Assembly (NCBI GenBank): GCA_965178125.1 | Contig: OZ237750.1 | Location: 806,001-870,000, forward strand | DNA: 64,000 nt | From: Bilabrum cf. latius | Taxonomy: Eukaryota | Direction: 5' to 3' | Part shown: positions 34,301-46,499 of the stretch, piece by piece | Position numbering within the stretch: position 1 is the stretch's first letter | Layout of the letters: the number at the start of each line of letters is the position of its first letter | Notes under the pieces: generated by a model | Told to the model about the DNA's origin: nothing | Seen by the model: the letters and a program-made list of their open reading frames with translations, nothing else | Databases searched by the model: none | Made by a program: the position numbers and the translations under genes

Positions 34301-37300
34301 TGGAATGCCGCAGCAATTTACAGGCGGTGCAGGTCACTACACTAGTGCTTGGGTATCTACACGGGGCAATACCGATGGAATCATCCAACCGCTGAGCGAT
34401 GTGCTGATCGGCTGTGGCATCGGTCTTGTGCTCGCGACCCCTACGACTACCAAGAGATGCGCGCGACAATCAGATACAGTCACGGTAGCAAGTAAAGAGG
34501 TTGGATCGCTGGCAATTGGCATGACCGGCTTCCAGTGGACCCGGTCAGTCTCTGTCTTGGACGCGAGCACTATGCTCAATCTCGTCGTGGGCCCTCTGTA
34601 CTAGTACGGACTGCACGATATAGACAGGGCTGTGCGTGTGCATGATGCTGCAATCATCATGGACGCATCGTACAGCTACGACACATGGGCTGATGATCCG
34701 ATTTGGGTTGATCTGGCGGCATTCGATGGAGCTGCTCAAGCGGCGAGTTCAACGGGTAGCGCATACTGGAACAACCATCCAGCGGTCGCAGTGCAGCTGG
34801 ATCCCCGCGCTAGCACTCCGCCCTTGCTGGTCCAAAGGAATGACAGTGCGTCTGGTAGCATCTTCGAACCGAGCTTATTGTAGACCCGCGTTGGAGACCG
34901 CGCGGGAGTGCGTCTGATCACCTCCACGCCGATGCATGGAATGCTTGTTGCCGCATACGCGCCAGACATGCTGCCGAAAGGTACTTCGTTAGAAAAAGTA
35001 GCAAGAGAGTATGCGAGCGAATTTACCCGGCTGCAAGCACGGCGCATACAGTCATACAGTGGAATCTCTGTATTGCGCACGGCCTGCAACGACACGCTGC
35101 CGGGGGCCCTCGCGCAGCTGCTCGACACGGCAGCGGCAGAACACCACGACACGTCTCCCTCCGCAATGTGGGGTATTACTTTGTTATGCCACAGCAACTG
35201 TTCCAGCGTACTGGAGGGATCGCAAGGCCTTGCTAGCTAGCCCACGGCCTGCATGCCTCAGGCTGGACCCCAGAGTCTCGGAGTGCCACTGAGCAACGTA
35301 ACGACGGCTTGTATGGCGTGGCCGTCGACAGGTAGTGCTGCTGCCCCCCAAATGAAGCTGCATCACATGACGCAGGGAGTACTATGCAGAGACAACCATA
35401 CCAACGCAGTCATTCAAGCAGGCATTGACGTGGCCGAGACGGCAACCAGCCTGGTCCAAGCTCAAAACCTCACATCGGCCGGGTGGCTACGCTCAAGTGC
35501 TGAAGAATCTTTGCTCGTGAATTTGCCTGGCTCTACCACCGCTGTATCAGTTGGTTCCCACTCAGTAGTATAGCTCACAGGATCTGCGCCAATGCGGCTG
35601 TCAGTGCTTGGCCACACCGGATCCCGTGAGAGTTTGCAGCGTGATGGATACCGCACCCTGACGCAGAGCGCATTTGTGAAGGCACTTGACAAGCCCGAGG
35701 AGGTCCCAATTATGCGCAGTGCACCTCCGTTCCACGGTCGGGTGATGATCCAGCTGAATTAGGGTGTGGGAAATGGGCTGGTGCTGCTGCAAGCGACAAA
35801 ATCGAAATGGGAGCTCGTAGAGGATCCATGGCGTGCCACCCTGCTGAGAGCATGCGGGGCTGCAATCCTCAGCAACAAGAGTACTACACTGTGTCAGGCA
35901 CTTGTGGAATCTTTGGCCTTGGTGAACTACACTAACCATTTGGCAAACCCGGCAAACAGTAGCGCTTGCGGCTCCAGCCATGCCAGCGTGCGGATGGTAC
36001 TCGCGTCTGCCTTTGCAGCGTTCACAACCAGTGGTTCTGGCACCCATGCAACGGAAATGCTCGTGCAGCAGGCAATCAACTCTGCGCATGGGCAGCTCAG
36101 TCGTGTCAACCTCGCACGCGACTGGTGTGCCGACCTTGCTGACGGGCAGCCTGCAGTCCTGCACGCACACGGAGCAGCATTCGACACGCTAGGGTTCAAC
36201 CACAGGCATACTTTAGCCGCATTCCCAGGCCCATATGGAGAGCTCGATATTGTTGCGATGCACCTCCCCGGTATTGTGTTGGACATTGAAGTCCGGGTTG
36301 CTGCCGGTTCTGCAGTCGACGCCCTAACCCTAACCCTAGCCACGCAAAAGGCCCTTGGTTTGACGCCGGAGCTGGTCCAAGTGCTTGATCTTGTTCCAGT
36401 GAATAGGAGCACTACGTGCATCCAAGCAGCAGCGACTAACATGATGACATGCACAAGATCAAGCGGTGCATGCAGCACGCGCGCGGCAACGCTGTGTGTG
36501 GCGTCGTGGCATGTCCGGATGAGGATCGGGCTGCCTACAGATTCGCTGTCCGCAGAAAAAGCGCAAGCAATGTTCACGTCCAAATCAACTGGTCATGTTT
36601 CCGATCTGTTGGCCGAAGAAGGACCATCTGTTGCAATTATGCTTCCAGATGTGCCCATCGAGCCTCTGGCGCTTCGGGACCGCATGGTCTTCACGTGCCA
36701 AGGCCAGCTGAACGCCAGCTAGTTCGCTGAGTTCGTGGCACGATACAGGCACAATCCTGGTACGCATCCTATCGGAAGTATAGCAAGTACAGTGCGGCTG
36801 CTGTCTAGGGGCACAATGGAGGCAGAGGTCCTGGAGGCCAGCTCCTCGGTCTCGCAGGACCAGGTGCCGAGTGAGTGCACGGAAGTCCTGCCGCTCGCAA
36901 ACAACCCGATTTCTCGGCAATCCAGTGGCAATCAAGGGAGTGTAGTATCTACGGCCAGGTCATTGCGATTGATCAGTCGCCAGCCGGGCCAGCGGCCAGG
37001 CACATACAACGATGGGACAGACTCATCGGCGGGAGCAAGGCAGGCTGGGCTGCTGGCAGGCAGGCACCCGCTCATCGGACCGATCCTAGTACAAGTCCTC
37101 GACGCGAGCGGTTTGCCCTTGGACCAGCCACTCCTTCCGGTGGTTGTGTCTGTCCACGCGCTCGACGAGCCCGAGGACAGGAGCGCGCAGTCGGTGGCCA
37201 CCACCGGGCGGTCCTCGCCCGTGCTGGAGGGCCCGCTCGACGTGGAGCTTCTGCCAGGGAACAACGGAACCGTGATATTTGACATTGCGGTGGCAAGGTC

Positions 37301-37775
37301 ATTTGTGGGCGCGAGGATCCGCCTCGTCTTTCGCGTCGATGGGAGCGGCATCGAGTTTAGCACGGTGCCGTTCACAGCCGTCCCGGAGGGGTTTGGCCCG
37401 GATGACGCGCTGCACGTGAGCCAGGATCTCTCGTAGTCGTCCCTCTGGTGGACTACGCCCGTTGCTATTGGTGCGGCCATCCTGCTCGCAATGTTGCTGG
37501 CAAACATCCAAGTGAACTGCACGCAGCAGGCAGTGTCGACGCAGGTGGTGGGCAAGTCATCAGGTGGGATAGGGCAAAGGCAGGGAACAGCGACCTCTGG
37601 CGAAGGTGAATCCGACAATTTACGTGCGTTGCAGGCGCGGTACGGAATTTTATCGTGCTTGAACCCTTGCAGCGACTTGTCTGGTGCGGTTGGAGACCTA
37701 AGGGACGGGGGGGAGGAGTCGGCCCAAGACCGGCTACCTGGCTGGGTCGAGTCTGACAGCGACGTAGACGGGTGA
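31371..37775 (+). CDS. Giant type-I membrane protein with N-terminal G8-like domain (fibrocystin/PKHD1L1/TMEM2-like), ~2,130 aa
   Basis: Signal-peptide-like MARLMAFRVIATSMLCIYAHA; G8-like ISIPAD*HVVLE..NLIVYGRL..LELRANNILVIGG..AITL; GVLSRHVTV; LEGVDLRGME*; YPVHF; C-terminal TM (VAIGAAILLAMLLANI). About 21 in-frame TAGs, no TAA/TGA until TGA 37773. Confidence 0.7.
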
Positions 37776-37962
37776 GACTTGGGCATGCATGGCTTTTGGG
37801 GTACATCTTGGGGCACTAAGATGCCATACCGGCTGAGCCGGACCGCCGGGACCGGCTCAGAAATCTGGGCTGCCCAGATCCTGATTGTACCGTAATGATA
37901 CCGGTTTAAAGGCGGTGCAACTCGCGAAACGCGCCTCAGCATAGTTTTGAATCCATTCCAAA

Positions 37963-40237
37963 ATGATTGGCAACGTGGCAGTGCTTGCAGCATTGGTTGC
38001 TTCCTCGGTATTTGGTGCAGAGAGGAAGAAGTGAGAAAGAGGATGCAGTACGCTAGTTCCGAGAAGCTCGCCTACCAATTTTGAGTCAAACCGTGTTTTT
38101 GCATCGTGTTTTGCTATCCATACCGATCCACTGAGTCTCGCAGCATCGTATTTATGGTTGCAGATGATATGCGACCCGAGTCCAGTCCCTACGTTGGATC
38201 TCGGATGCACACCCCAAACATCCAGCGGTTGGCCGACAGTGGGCTAACACTGAGGAATGCTCATTGCTAGATGGCCATTTGTTCTGCAAGTCGCAACAGT
38301 TTTTTGAGTGGCCGCCGGCCCGACAAGACGTAGACTTGGAATTTCATCAGTGAGACCGACGAGCGGATGTCCGATCCAAGTGTGTGCTCGATGACGCTTC
38401 GCGAGATCCCATGCTGATTATGCTGTCCTCGTCGCTAATTTGCAGACAGCTTCCGCGATGTTGGACCTGACTGGATTACACTTCCGGAGTACTTCAAGAC
38501 GAACGGGTACACCACCCTCGGTGCGGGCAAGATTTGTGAGTAGCCCGCCACCGGCCGGCAGCCCATCACCAGCATGGCCGATCTGGCTGCTTAGTGGCCC
38601 TGATGACTCAGTGTCTGGTGAATTCTTGTACTCGCAGACCACCCTGGGCACCCAGCAGACAACGACGAACCCAAGAGCTGGTCGCAGGACCGCCCCTACG
38701 TGAAGCAGAGGCCCAGGCGGTGCGAGGGCGAGGGCAACGACGACGTGACCATGGTGCCATTCTGCCCCGTCAACATCACCAAAGAAGGAGACCAGCCGGA
38801 AGAGTTCAAGTGAGCCATATAGTTCTTTGCATTTGTGCGTCAGGGGGTCTCATGCTGGGTGGACCGCCCGGCTACCACGGACGCCGCTCAATTAGTCTGG
38901 CTGGTTGTTTGCGCTGCTACTGCCGGGGAGCAGAGCTACCGCGTTTCTCGTTCCCGTTGCCCACTTCCATGCGTCTCGCAGCGACTACAACATGACGATG
39001 GGAGCCATCGACAACCTGAGGTACAGCCTCAAGAAAGGCGGTAACCACTTCACCGCGCTGGGATTCCACTTTCCCCACCTGAGCCATCGGGTGCCCCTGT
39101 GGGCCGTGCGCAAGTACATGCCCGACGCTGGCCTGGAGCCCAACGCATCGGGGATCATCCCGGCTGCCGCCAACCGTTACGCGCCCAAGGGCTCCCCCGG
39201 CATCGCCCAGTCTCAGGAGGTGGATGGCAAGTTGTTCCTGTCCCTGCCCTACGGCGGCAAGCTGTACAACTACAGCGTGCCCAGCCCCATCGAGGACACC
39301 TTCCCCGAGTGGTTTTGGTCCACCATCCGCCTTGGGTACGAGAGCGCCATCTCGCTGACGGACTATCACGTGGGCCTCATGCTGGACGAGATCGACAAGC
39401 AGGGCATCTACAACGACACGATCGTCGTGCTCATCTCGGACCACGGGTGGAGCACTGGGTGTGAGAGATAAGATCCGGTCCGACCCGATGCAGCGACACA
39501 ACGCTACCGTCCACTCGTCTGCATGCACCCTGCACCGTTTGCATAATAGCATTACTGCAACGTGATGTCCTCTTTCCCTTTCAGATCCATGCTTTCCCTT
39601 GCACCTTGCAGCGCACCGCCATTTTGCGAAGCACATGAACTACGACACGTCCACGCGGGTCACCGCCATCATCCGCGTGCCATGGAAGCAGAACTCCATC
39701 GGGAAGCACACCATGGCATCCTTCGAGCTGCAGGACCTGTACAAGACGCTTGCCAATCTGGCAGGGCTGGAGCAGCCCCCGGCCGAGTGGAAGATCGACG
39801 GCACGGACCAGTCCGCGTTGTTCGACGACCCCTCAACCCCCGTCAAGAACGTCGCCTGGTCCCAGTACGACCGCTGCCCAGAGCCCGGGGAGCCCGTGTA
39901 CTACCACCCCAACTGCGAGGGGGTCAAGGAGGGCGACCTCAGTGTGATGGGGTACACGATGCGCCTGACCGACCCCGGGGGGCTTGGCGACTGGAGGTAC
40001 ACGCGCTGGCTCAAGTGGAACGGCACCTCGCTGCGGGCCGAGTGGGACGACGCCCCCGTCGGCGTGGAGCTCTACTCCCATGAGGGCGACGATGGCGGCG
40101 ACGTCTTCGAGAAGTTCGAGAACGAGAACCTCGCGGGGCAAGACAAGTACGCCGACGTTGAGTAGAAGCTGCTCGCCATGATGAAGGAGCACTTCGACAC
40201 GCCGCAGGACCACAACGATGACGGCGGGGATTATTGA
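37963..40237 (+). CDS. Secreted/lysosomal sulfatase, iduronate-2-sulfatase-like (6 exons)
   Basis: Signal peptide; NIVFMVADDMRP, TPNIQRLA, NAHC*MAICSASRNSFLSGRRPD, TLPEYFKTNGYTTLGAGKIYH, GFHFPHL, SDHGW, ELYSH. Predicted introns 38031-38143, 38350-38445, 38536-38637, 38810-38981, 39461-39611; TGA end. Confidence 0.85.
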
Positions 40238-40474
40238 GGGCGAACAGGTGGTGGCAGCAGTTACTTCGCTGCTGCATGCACAACGAACGAACGAACGAAG
40301 ACTACGAACGACTCGGAATGGACCGAGGCCGAGAGCCGGAATTGGATCCAGTCTGAAGAGACGCCTAGCCTATTTCCCGGGTTCTCCAGGAAGATTTAGA
40401 CGCTTCTTTGAGCTTTGGTTGCTTGAGCACATAAAGTTTCCTCCAAGCGCTTTATTTCGTGAAAACGCCAAGTC

Positions 40475-41913
40475 ATGGCGTCCACGAGTACCTCACCCGC
40501 GCATGCGGGACCCCTTGCCAAAGTAGCGAGGCACTTGCAGGCCTCTGCTTCCGAAGATGATGCCGTCTCAGCAACTGCTAGCAGTGGTGCACCGGGAGTT
40601 GCTCCAAGTTCCGTGGGGGTGCCGGGCACTGCGCACCGAGCACCTCGGGACGACGACGTGCTGATCTTGAGCGCTGCGCGCACTCCGATCGGCAAAGCAA
40701 AGCGGGGCTCGTTCAAGGACCTTACTCCTGATCTGCTATTGCGACCAGTTCTTGAAGCAGTAATGGAGCGCTGCCCAGGACTGCGAAAAGATGATATCGC
40801 GGACGTCGTAATTGGTAAGCTATTAAAAGCTCAGGCTTTGGGCTCGACCTACATTGCGTTGCGCCAGCGTAAAATCATTTTTATTTCTACCTCTCACTCG
40901 CAGGAAACGTCCGCGCCCCCGGCAGTGGAGCCGAGATCGTTCGCATGGCGGCGCTCCTGGCTGGCGTGCCGGTGACCGCCGGAGCCACGGCATGCAATCG
41001 GCAGTGTTCCAGCGGCCTGCAGGCCATCGCAGCTGCCGCGGGCATGATTCGATTGGGCGCCTACGACGTCGCTATCGCCGGCGGCTTCGAAAGCATGAGC
41101 CAGCTCGAGCAGCAGCCACCAACCATGGACTACAGCTCCCTCGAGGCCGACAAGCGCGCCGCCGATTGCGCCATCCCCATGGGTGACACGAGCGAAGTGG
41201 TGGCAAGGCGATATTCCGTCTCGAGGGAAGACCAGGACCGCGTGGCGGCCGAGTCCCAGCGGAGGGCAGAGGCGGCGCAAACGGGCGGCCTCTTCGACGA
41301 CGAGATCGTCCCGGTGACTGTGCCCCCCGAGGACGGAGAGGGGCCCGGCACCACGGTGACCAACGACGACGGCATCCGGCCGGGCACCACCGCCGAGAAG
41401 CTCGGGAGGTTGCGACCGGCCTTCGACCCCGAGGGCGCCTCGACCGCTGGCAACTCGAGCCAGGTGTCGGACGGTGCTGCGGCCGTGCTGCTGATGCGGA
41501 GGGGAAGGTTCGACGCGCTGGGGCTCAAGGGGCGAGTGCAGCCCCTCGGTGTGCTTCGCTCGTTCGTGGTGGTGGGTGTCGAGCCGGACGAGATGGGGGT
41601 GGGGCCCGCGTATGCCATCCCCCCAGCGCTCCGGAGGGCAGGGGTGCGCAGCGAGGAGGTAGATGCGTTTGAAATCAATGAGGCGTTCGCCTCGCAGTAC
41701 CTCTACAGCCTGCGGGCCCTGGGGCTGGACGACAAGAGGGTCAACCCGCTGGGCGGGGCCATCGCGCTCGGGCACCCGCTCGGATGCACGGGCTGCAGGC
41801 AGGTGGTGACGTTGCTGCATCACTTGCGGCGCACCAAGGGAAAGTACGGTGTCGTGTCCATGTGCATTGGGACTGGCATGGGTGCTGCGGCCGTCTTTGA
41901 GCGAGAGGAGTGA
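40475..41913 (+). CDS. ACAA1: 3-ketoacyl-CoA thiolase, peroxisomal type
   Basis: SAARTPIGKAKRGSFKD, NRQCSSGLQA, TAGNSSQVSDGAAA, EINEAFASQ, NPLGGAIALGHPLGCTG, SMCIGTGMGAA. Intron 40815-40903 (GTAAG...CGCAG). No TAG codons; TGA end. Confidence 0.9.
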
Positions 41914-42106
41914 TGTGGGCGTTCCGGATTGGTGGATCCGGAGTTAGATCCATCTGGGTTCATCGAGCTACGATTCGGCGAGCCAGCACAACATTGCTCG
42001 TGTGTCGGCAGCTTCGAACTGACTTCGTGTTATTAGAGTAAATGCATCTTCTAGGAGCACCCGCCTGACAGACCCGAAAGCCTGGCCCACGCAACACCAC
42101 TTGGCC

Positions 42107-43564
42107 ATGGCTGCCATCAACTTGTACCGGATCTATCTGTGTTTTGTGTCGACAGCAATATCTAGCTTGGCACTGGAAATTTTAAAAGATGGCGTGATTC
42201 CGCTGAGCGGACCAGGCCTTACAAACTTCACGGGTAGCGATGGATCGGGATACTGGGACTCCGATCTCGGCCTGCCACTCATGCACAATGGGACCATGTG
42301 GCTGCTTGAGGGAGATGTCCTTGGAAGTATTCCACACCGAAGGATTCCCAGTGCAATCGGGCGCCGATCTACTGGGGGTGGCGTGAACTGGGAGACTGCG
42401 GCGGACGGCTTGCCGATTCCAGTATTCCCGCTGCTCGCAGAGAGCACAGTTCCAGCCGGCGCGATATGGTTGCCTGGCCTCGGCCCCAATGGATAGAGCT
42501 GTTCCATCTTGTATGTTATGAACGTTACTAGGTGGGGCAACGCCACGGAGAGTACCATCGCGAACGGGCTCCTAGCAGCCAGCCCTTGCGATGATTCACG
42601 GCCGACAGGTGGCGGCTTACCAGAAGTGCCTGCCTTTTTGCCCAAGCCACTGTAGGCCGCCCATGCAGATGTGCCTCTTACAAACGCCGCTCCGTTCACG
42701 TGGCCCCTCGATCCCGACGGTCCGTCGACCTGGCTGTACATACTCGGGACCGCACACTATCGGCAGACGCCAGTGTACCTAGCGAGAGTAAAGCGATACT
42801 TCGCTTCGATCGCGAGCTTGAGAGCATACGAATGGTGGGAGGGTTCGCTACCAGATGGGCAGCCGCGGTGGTCGGTCGGCGGCAACAGCACAGGCGCGCT
42901 CCCTGTGCTGGGCCCGCGGCCCCCCCATCAGAGTTCCAACTCGAAGCAAGCGGGGCCATCAAGCAGGTCAAGCTTACTAAATGGCGAATCGCTTGACCCT
43001 GTTTCCCCTGACCTGCAACAGCAAGGGCGGGAGGAACGCGTGGGCGAAGTTTCTGCGCAATGGATGCCTTCGCTCGGGGCGTTCGTGACTTGCTACTTCA
43101 ATTATGCCCAGCGGACACGGTCGGAGTCCGGGACAGCGAACGGGTCACTGGCGCAACAGGGTGAGATGCATGCGCCCTGCCAGGAGGCCAACGGCAGGGC
43201 CAGGGTCAGAAGTCCGGCTAGCGTGCTCCCAGTGTTGCAGTGCCAGGCAAGCAGGACCCCGTGGGGCCCTTGGTCCCTGCCAGACTCAATCCCGTCGGAG
43301 AACCTCCCGTGGTTTGGGCCCGGGTGGTGCTGCGCGTACGGAGGATACGTGCTCCCTGAGATGCAGGCGAAGGGCAGCGAGGCAGAAAATGGCATTGCTT
43401 CTGACTGGAATGTCCTAAAGGATCGTGCTAGCGCGTTCGAGGCCCTAGACCGGCCATTGAACGCTACGTTCTCGGTGACAGTGTCCCTGTGGGTCCCATA
43501 CAGGGCGTTCATCGTGCCGGTCACAGCCAGCTTCGAGTGGTCCGCGGTGCTACGTGGACCCTGA
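42107..43564 (+). CDS. Secreted DUF4185-like protein (putative glycosidase)
   Basis: Signal peptide; SDLGLPL..NGTMWLLEGD, TVPAGAI, LYVMNVTRW, WLYILGT..RQTPVYLARV, VGEVSAQW, YGGY resemble DUF4185. Joined across TAGs at 42494 and ~42653; TGA end. Confidence 0.6.
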
Positions 43565-43801
43565 TCGAGGATTTTTATTTACATGTTCCACTAGCTGGTG
43601 CAAGAAGACCATGCGCTGACCGGCCTCTCGAATGCTGATCTCAGGATCGGATCGTCGGCTGCCAACTGTTCTCAAGAACAGCTTCCAAGTTTCTGGAAGC
43701 ACTTGCCAACCCACCGAGTTTGCAGAAAGCCGGTCGTCTCAAAGAAACTTAATCTATTGTCTTATATACCTAGCCACTAAGGTTACTTGCTACAGTTCAG
43801 C

Positions 43802-45253
43802 ATGGCGGGCGTTCGTCCGGACCACATCAAGCTTGACTTCAGTCCGCGGCCCAGGGCTGCCCCTGACGAAGAAATTGCAAAGATGACGCCAGAGCAGCTA
43901 CATGAGTACAAGCGATCTCGCATATGTTTTCTTTTTGGAGGCGAGCACGAAGGATAGGGCCCAGACCTGGTCGCGGAGCGAGGCAACCTGAAGGACGAGA
44001 ACGGGTTTAACATACTCCACCACACATGGATGCCTCCCGCAGATACCAATCTCAAGGGCGCCGTGGTGTTCTTGCACGGTTATCTCCACCATTGCACCGA
44101 CTCTGTCTTCGCCCGTTAGGCGGCCATATGGAACAAGCTTGGTTTCGCCTGCGGCGGTATCGACTACGAAGGACACGGGAATTCTGGCGGGCTGAAAGGT
44201 TACGTCACGTCCATGGATGGTGTCGTGAGCTGTGTGGTAGAATACATCGACACCATTCTTCGTCCTATGATCCGAAGCCGAGCCAGGTCCGATACTGATT
44301 CAGATCGCAAGAAAGATCGAGGCAGCCCCACCGCGGTGCCGCAGGCCGGCGTATAGGGGGCGTACTCGCCCTCGGCCGACCCCCCGTTGTTTCTAAACGG
44401 CGAATCCATGGGTGGCGCCATCGCGCTGCTGACGGCCCATCGACTGGAGGCTGGCCCGACCGCCCCCTGCCAGGGCTGCCTGCTGTTTGGTCCGATGGTC
44501 GGCATCGACGACGATCTCGTGCCAAACTGCTGCGTCGTGTCCATCCTCAAGGCCCTCATGTGCTGCATGCCCGCCGCCCCTCTCGTCCCTGCCCCCGACC
44601 ACCTGGATCGGTGCTTTGCGGACCCCGACTTCGCCGACATGGTCAGGACAGACACGCGGTCCTACCGCGGAGGGCACAGGCTCAAGACGGCCTTCGAGAT
44701 GCTGCAGACCACCCTATGGCTGCAGGACAACCTGAGCGCTTTCAAAGTTCCCTTCGCGGTCTTCCACGGGGAAGACGACCAGGTCACGTCACCTGCATTC
44801 AGCGCCAAGCTCTTCGACGTTGCCTCCTCCTAGGACAAGACGCACGTGGTGCTAGAGGGGGGCAAGCACGTGCCCACCGCGGAGCCGCTGGACACCAGAA
44901 GGAGGCTGTTCAAGCTCATGACCCGGTGGGTCATCGCCCGCGCCGAAGGTGCATCGCACGATAGCGTGGGCCCCATCGGGGGAGCGAGGACCCACCGCAT
45001 CCCCAAGGGCACCCCGGGGTACTTTTGGCCCACCAAAGCGGACGTGGAGCGGACACTGGCCATGGGAGGGGGGTTCTGGGACGAAGATCAGCCGAAGGAC
45101 GGAAAAGAGGCAGCGGCAGCAGCAGCAGCGGCACAAGCAAGGGGTTCCGCCGCAGCCGCGGCTGCCGATGTTGGAGACACCGGTCCTGCCCAGGGTGGAG
45201 CAGCCGATGCCGAGCCGAGCACGCCACTTCTCGACGAGAAGCTGTCGTCGTGA
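43802..45253 (+). CDS. Monoacylglycerol lipase-like alpha/beta hydrolase (Hydrolase_4)
   Basis: VVFLHGY, GIDYEGHGNSGG, FLNGESMGG nucleophile motif, HGEDDQVT, ASS*DKTHVVLEGGKH. Single frame from ATG 43802 with 4 TAGs; TGA end. Confidence 0.85.
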
Positions 45254-45414
45254 ATGCGGCTACTGCTGCACATTGAGTGGGATAGCGGAAGCTCGCGACG
45301 GGCTGTGGCCGTTTCCGAACGTTCGTTGGTGACGTGTCACAGCGAACAGTTATATTAGGCTGCCGTAGAAGTATTGCTGTCTTCTATAATAATTCTTTTG
45401 GGTGTATATAAGCC

Positions 45415-46305
45415 ATGCTCCGACGATGCGTAGTCCATGGGAAGCTGATGCCCAGCGGAAGTATGGCGAGGCACCTCACGCTGGCAAGCAGATCGATTTA
45501 GCCGGGAACCGCTTCTTCCGAGAAGCCGCCTCTTGTTGTGTTCCATGGATTGCTAGGATCAAGTAGCAACTTCAGTTCTGTTGGCAAAAAGCTCGCGGAG
45601 CGCCTGCGACGACAGGTTGTGCTAGCCGACTTACGAAATCACGGTGGATCGCCATGGCACGATTCAATGGCGTTCGATGACATGTCATTAGATGCAGTTT
45701 AGCTAATTAAGTCAATTGGTGGAGTGGCACATCTGTGTGGTCATTCTCTGGGCGGAAAAGTAGCAATGGCAACTGCCTTGAAGCATCCCGAGTTTATCAG
45801 GTCTTGCACGGTAGTTGATATATCTCCGGTTGCTTACAGCACCTCAGAGAAGCAATGGATCCAAATACAAGACATTGTTAAGAAAGCAGCCGCATCGGAC
45901 CCTTCGAGTCTGCAGGACCGGAAGGAAGGCTACGCCATGCTGGCACCGGAAGTACCGGAAGCCATGCGACCCTTCGTGCTCTAGAACTTGATCCCATCCA
46001 CAGAGCCAGGAAGCAGCGGGTACAAGTGGCGGTGCAACATTTAGGTGCTGGCGAAGCAGCTGGATCAGATGGCTTGGTTTTGGGCGCATCCGCCGGAAGG
46101 CAAGTGCACAACGGTCCCGACTCGATTCATTGCCGGGTCTGAGTCTTCATACATCGGGTCCAAAACGCGCAAATCGATCGATTCGTTCTTCAAGCGGGCT
46201 CGAGTTGATGTGATCGAAGGCGCTGGGCACTGGGTGCACGCAGATAAGCCTTCTGAATTCATTGACAGCGTAGTCCGAGCTGTTGAAGATGCCGAGGCCG
46301 CTTGA
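45415..46305 (+). CDS. ABHD11: ABHD11/YbfF-like esterase, mitochondrial
   Basis: PLVVFHGLLGS, DLRNHGGSP, GHSLGGKVAM, VVDISP, FVL*NL, WRCNI, AGHWVHADKP; presequence-like N-terminus; 4 in-frame TAGs; TGA end. Confidence 0.85.
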
Positions 46306-46499
46306 TTCTAAAGATCTTTTGTGGGGGAGCTTCAAGGCGGCCGGGACCTCATATGGCCTTGTGGATTGACCAAAAAAATCTTGTACAGTACGTCGCACGC
46401 GCGATCGTTTCTATCTGTATCGACCTCTTCTGCCTCGCTGCGCGCAGCAGCTGGCTACAAGTTCCAGTCGCAAGCACCCAACCTCCATGCGGAGCCTGA

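Noticed and set aside
36322-36339. Telomere-like CCCTAACCCTAACCCTAG
   Set aside because: Only about 3 units, lying in frame within the G8 protein (ALTLTLA); most likely chance coding sequence.
41914-42100. Possible tRNA or structured RNA (inverted repeat TCCGGAT...ATCCGGA at ~41923-41942; a similar hairpin at ~25498-25518)
   Set aside because: No cloverleaf or T-loop consensus could be built; short hairpins are expected by chance. No suppressor tRNA-Gln(CUA) was seen in this window.
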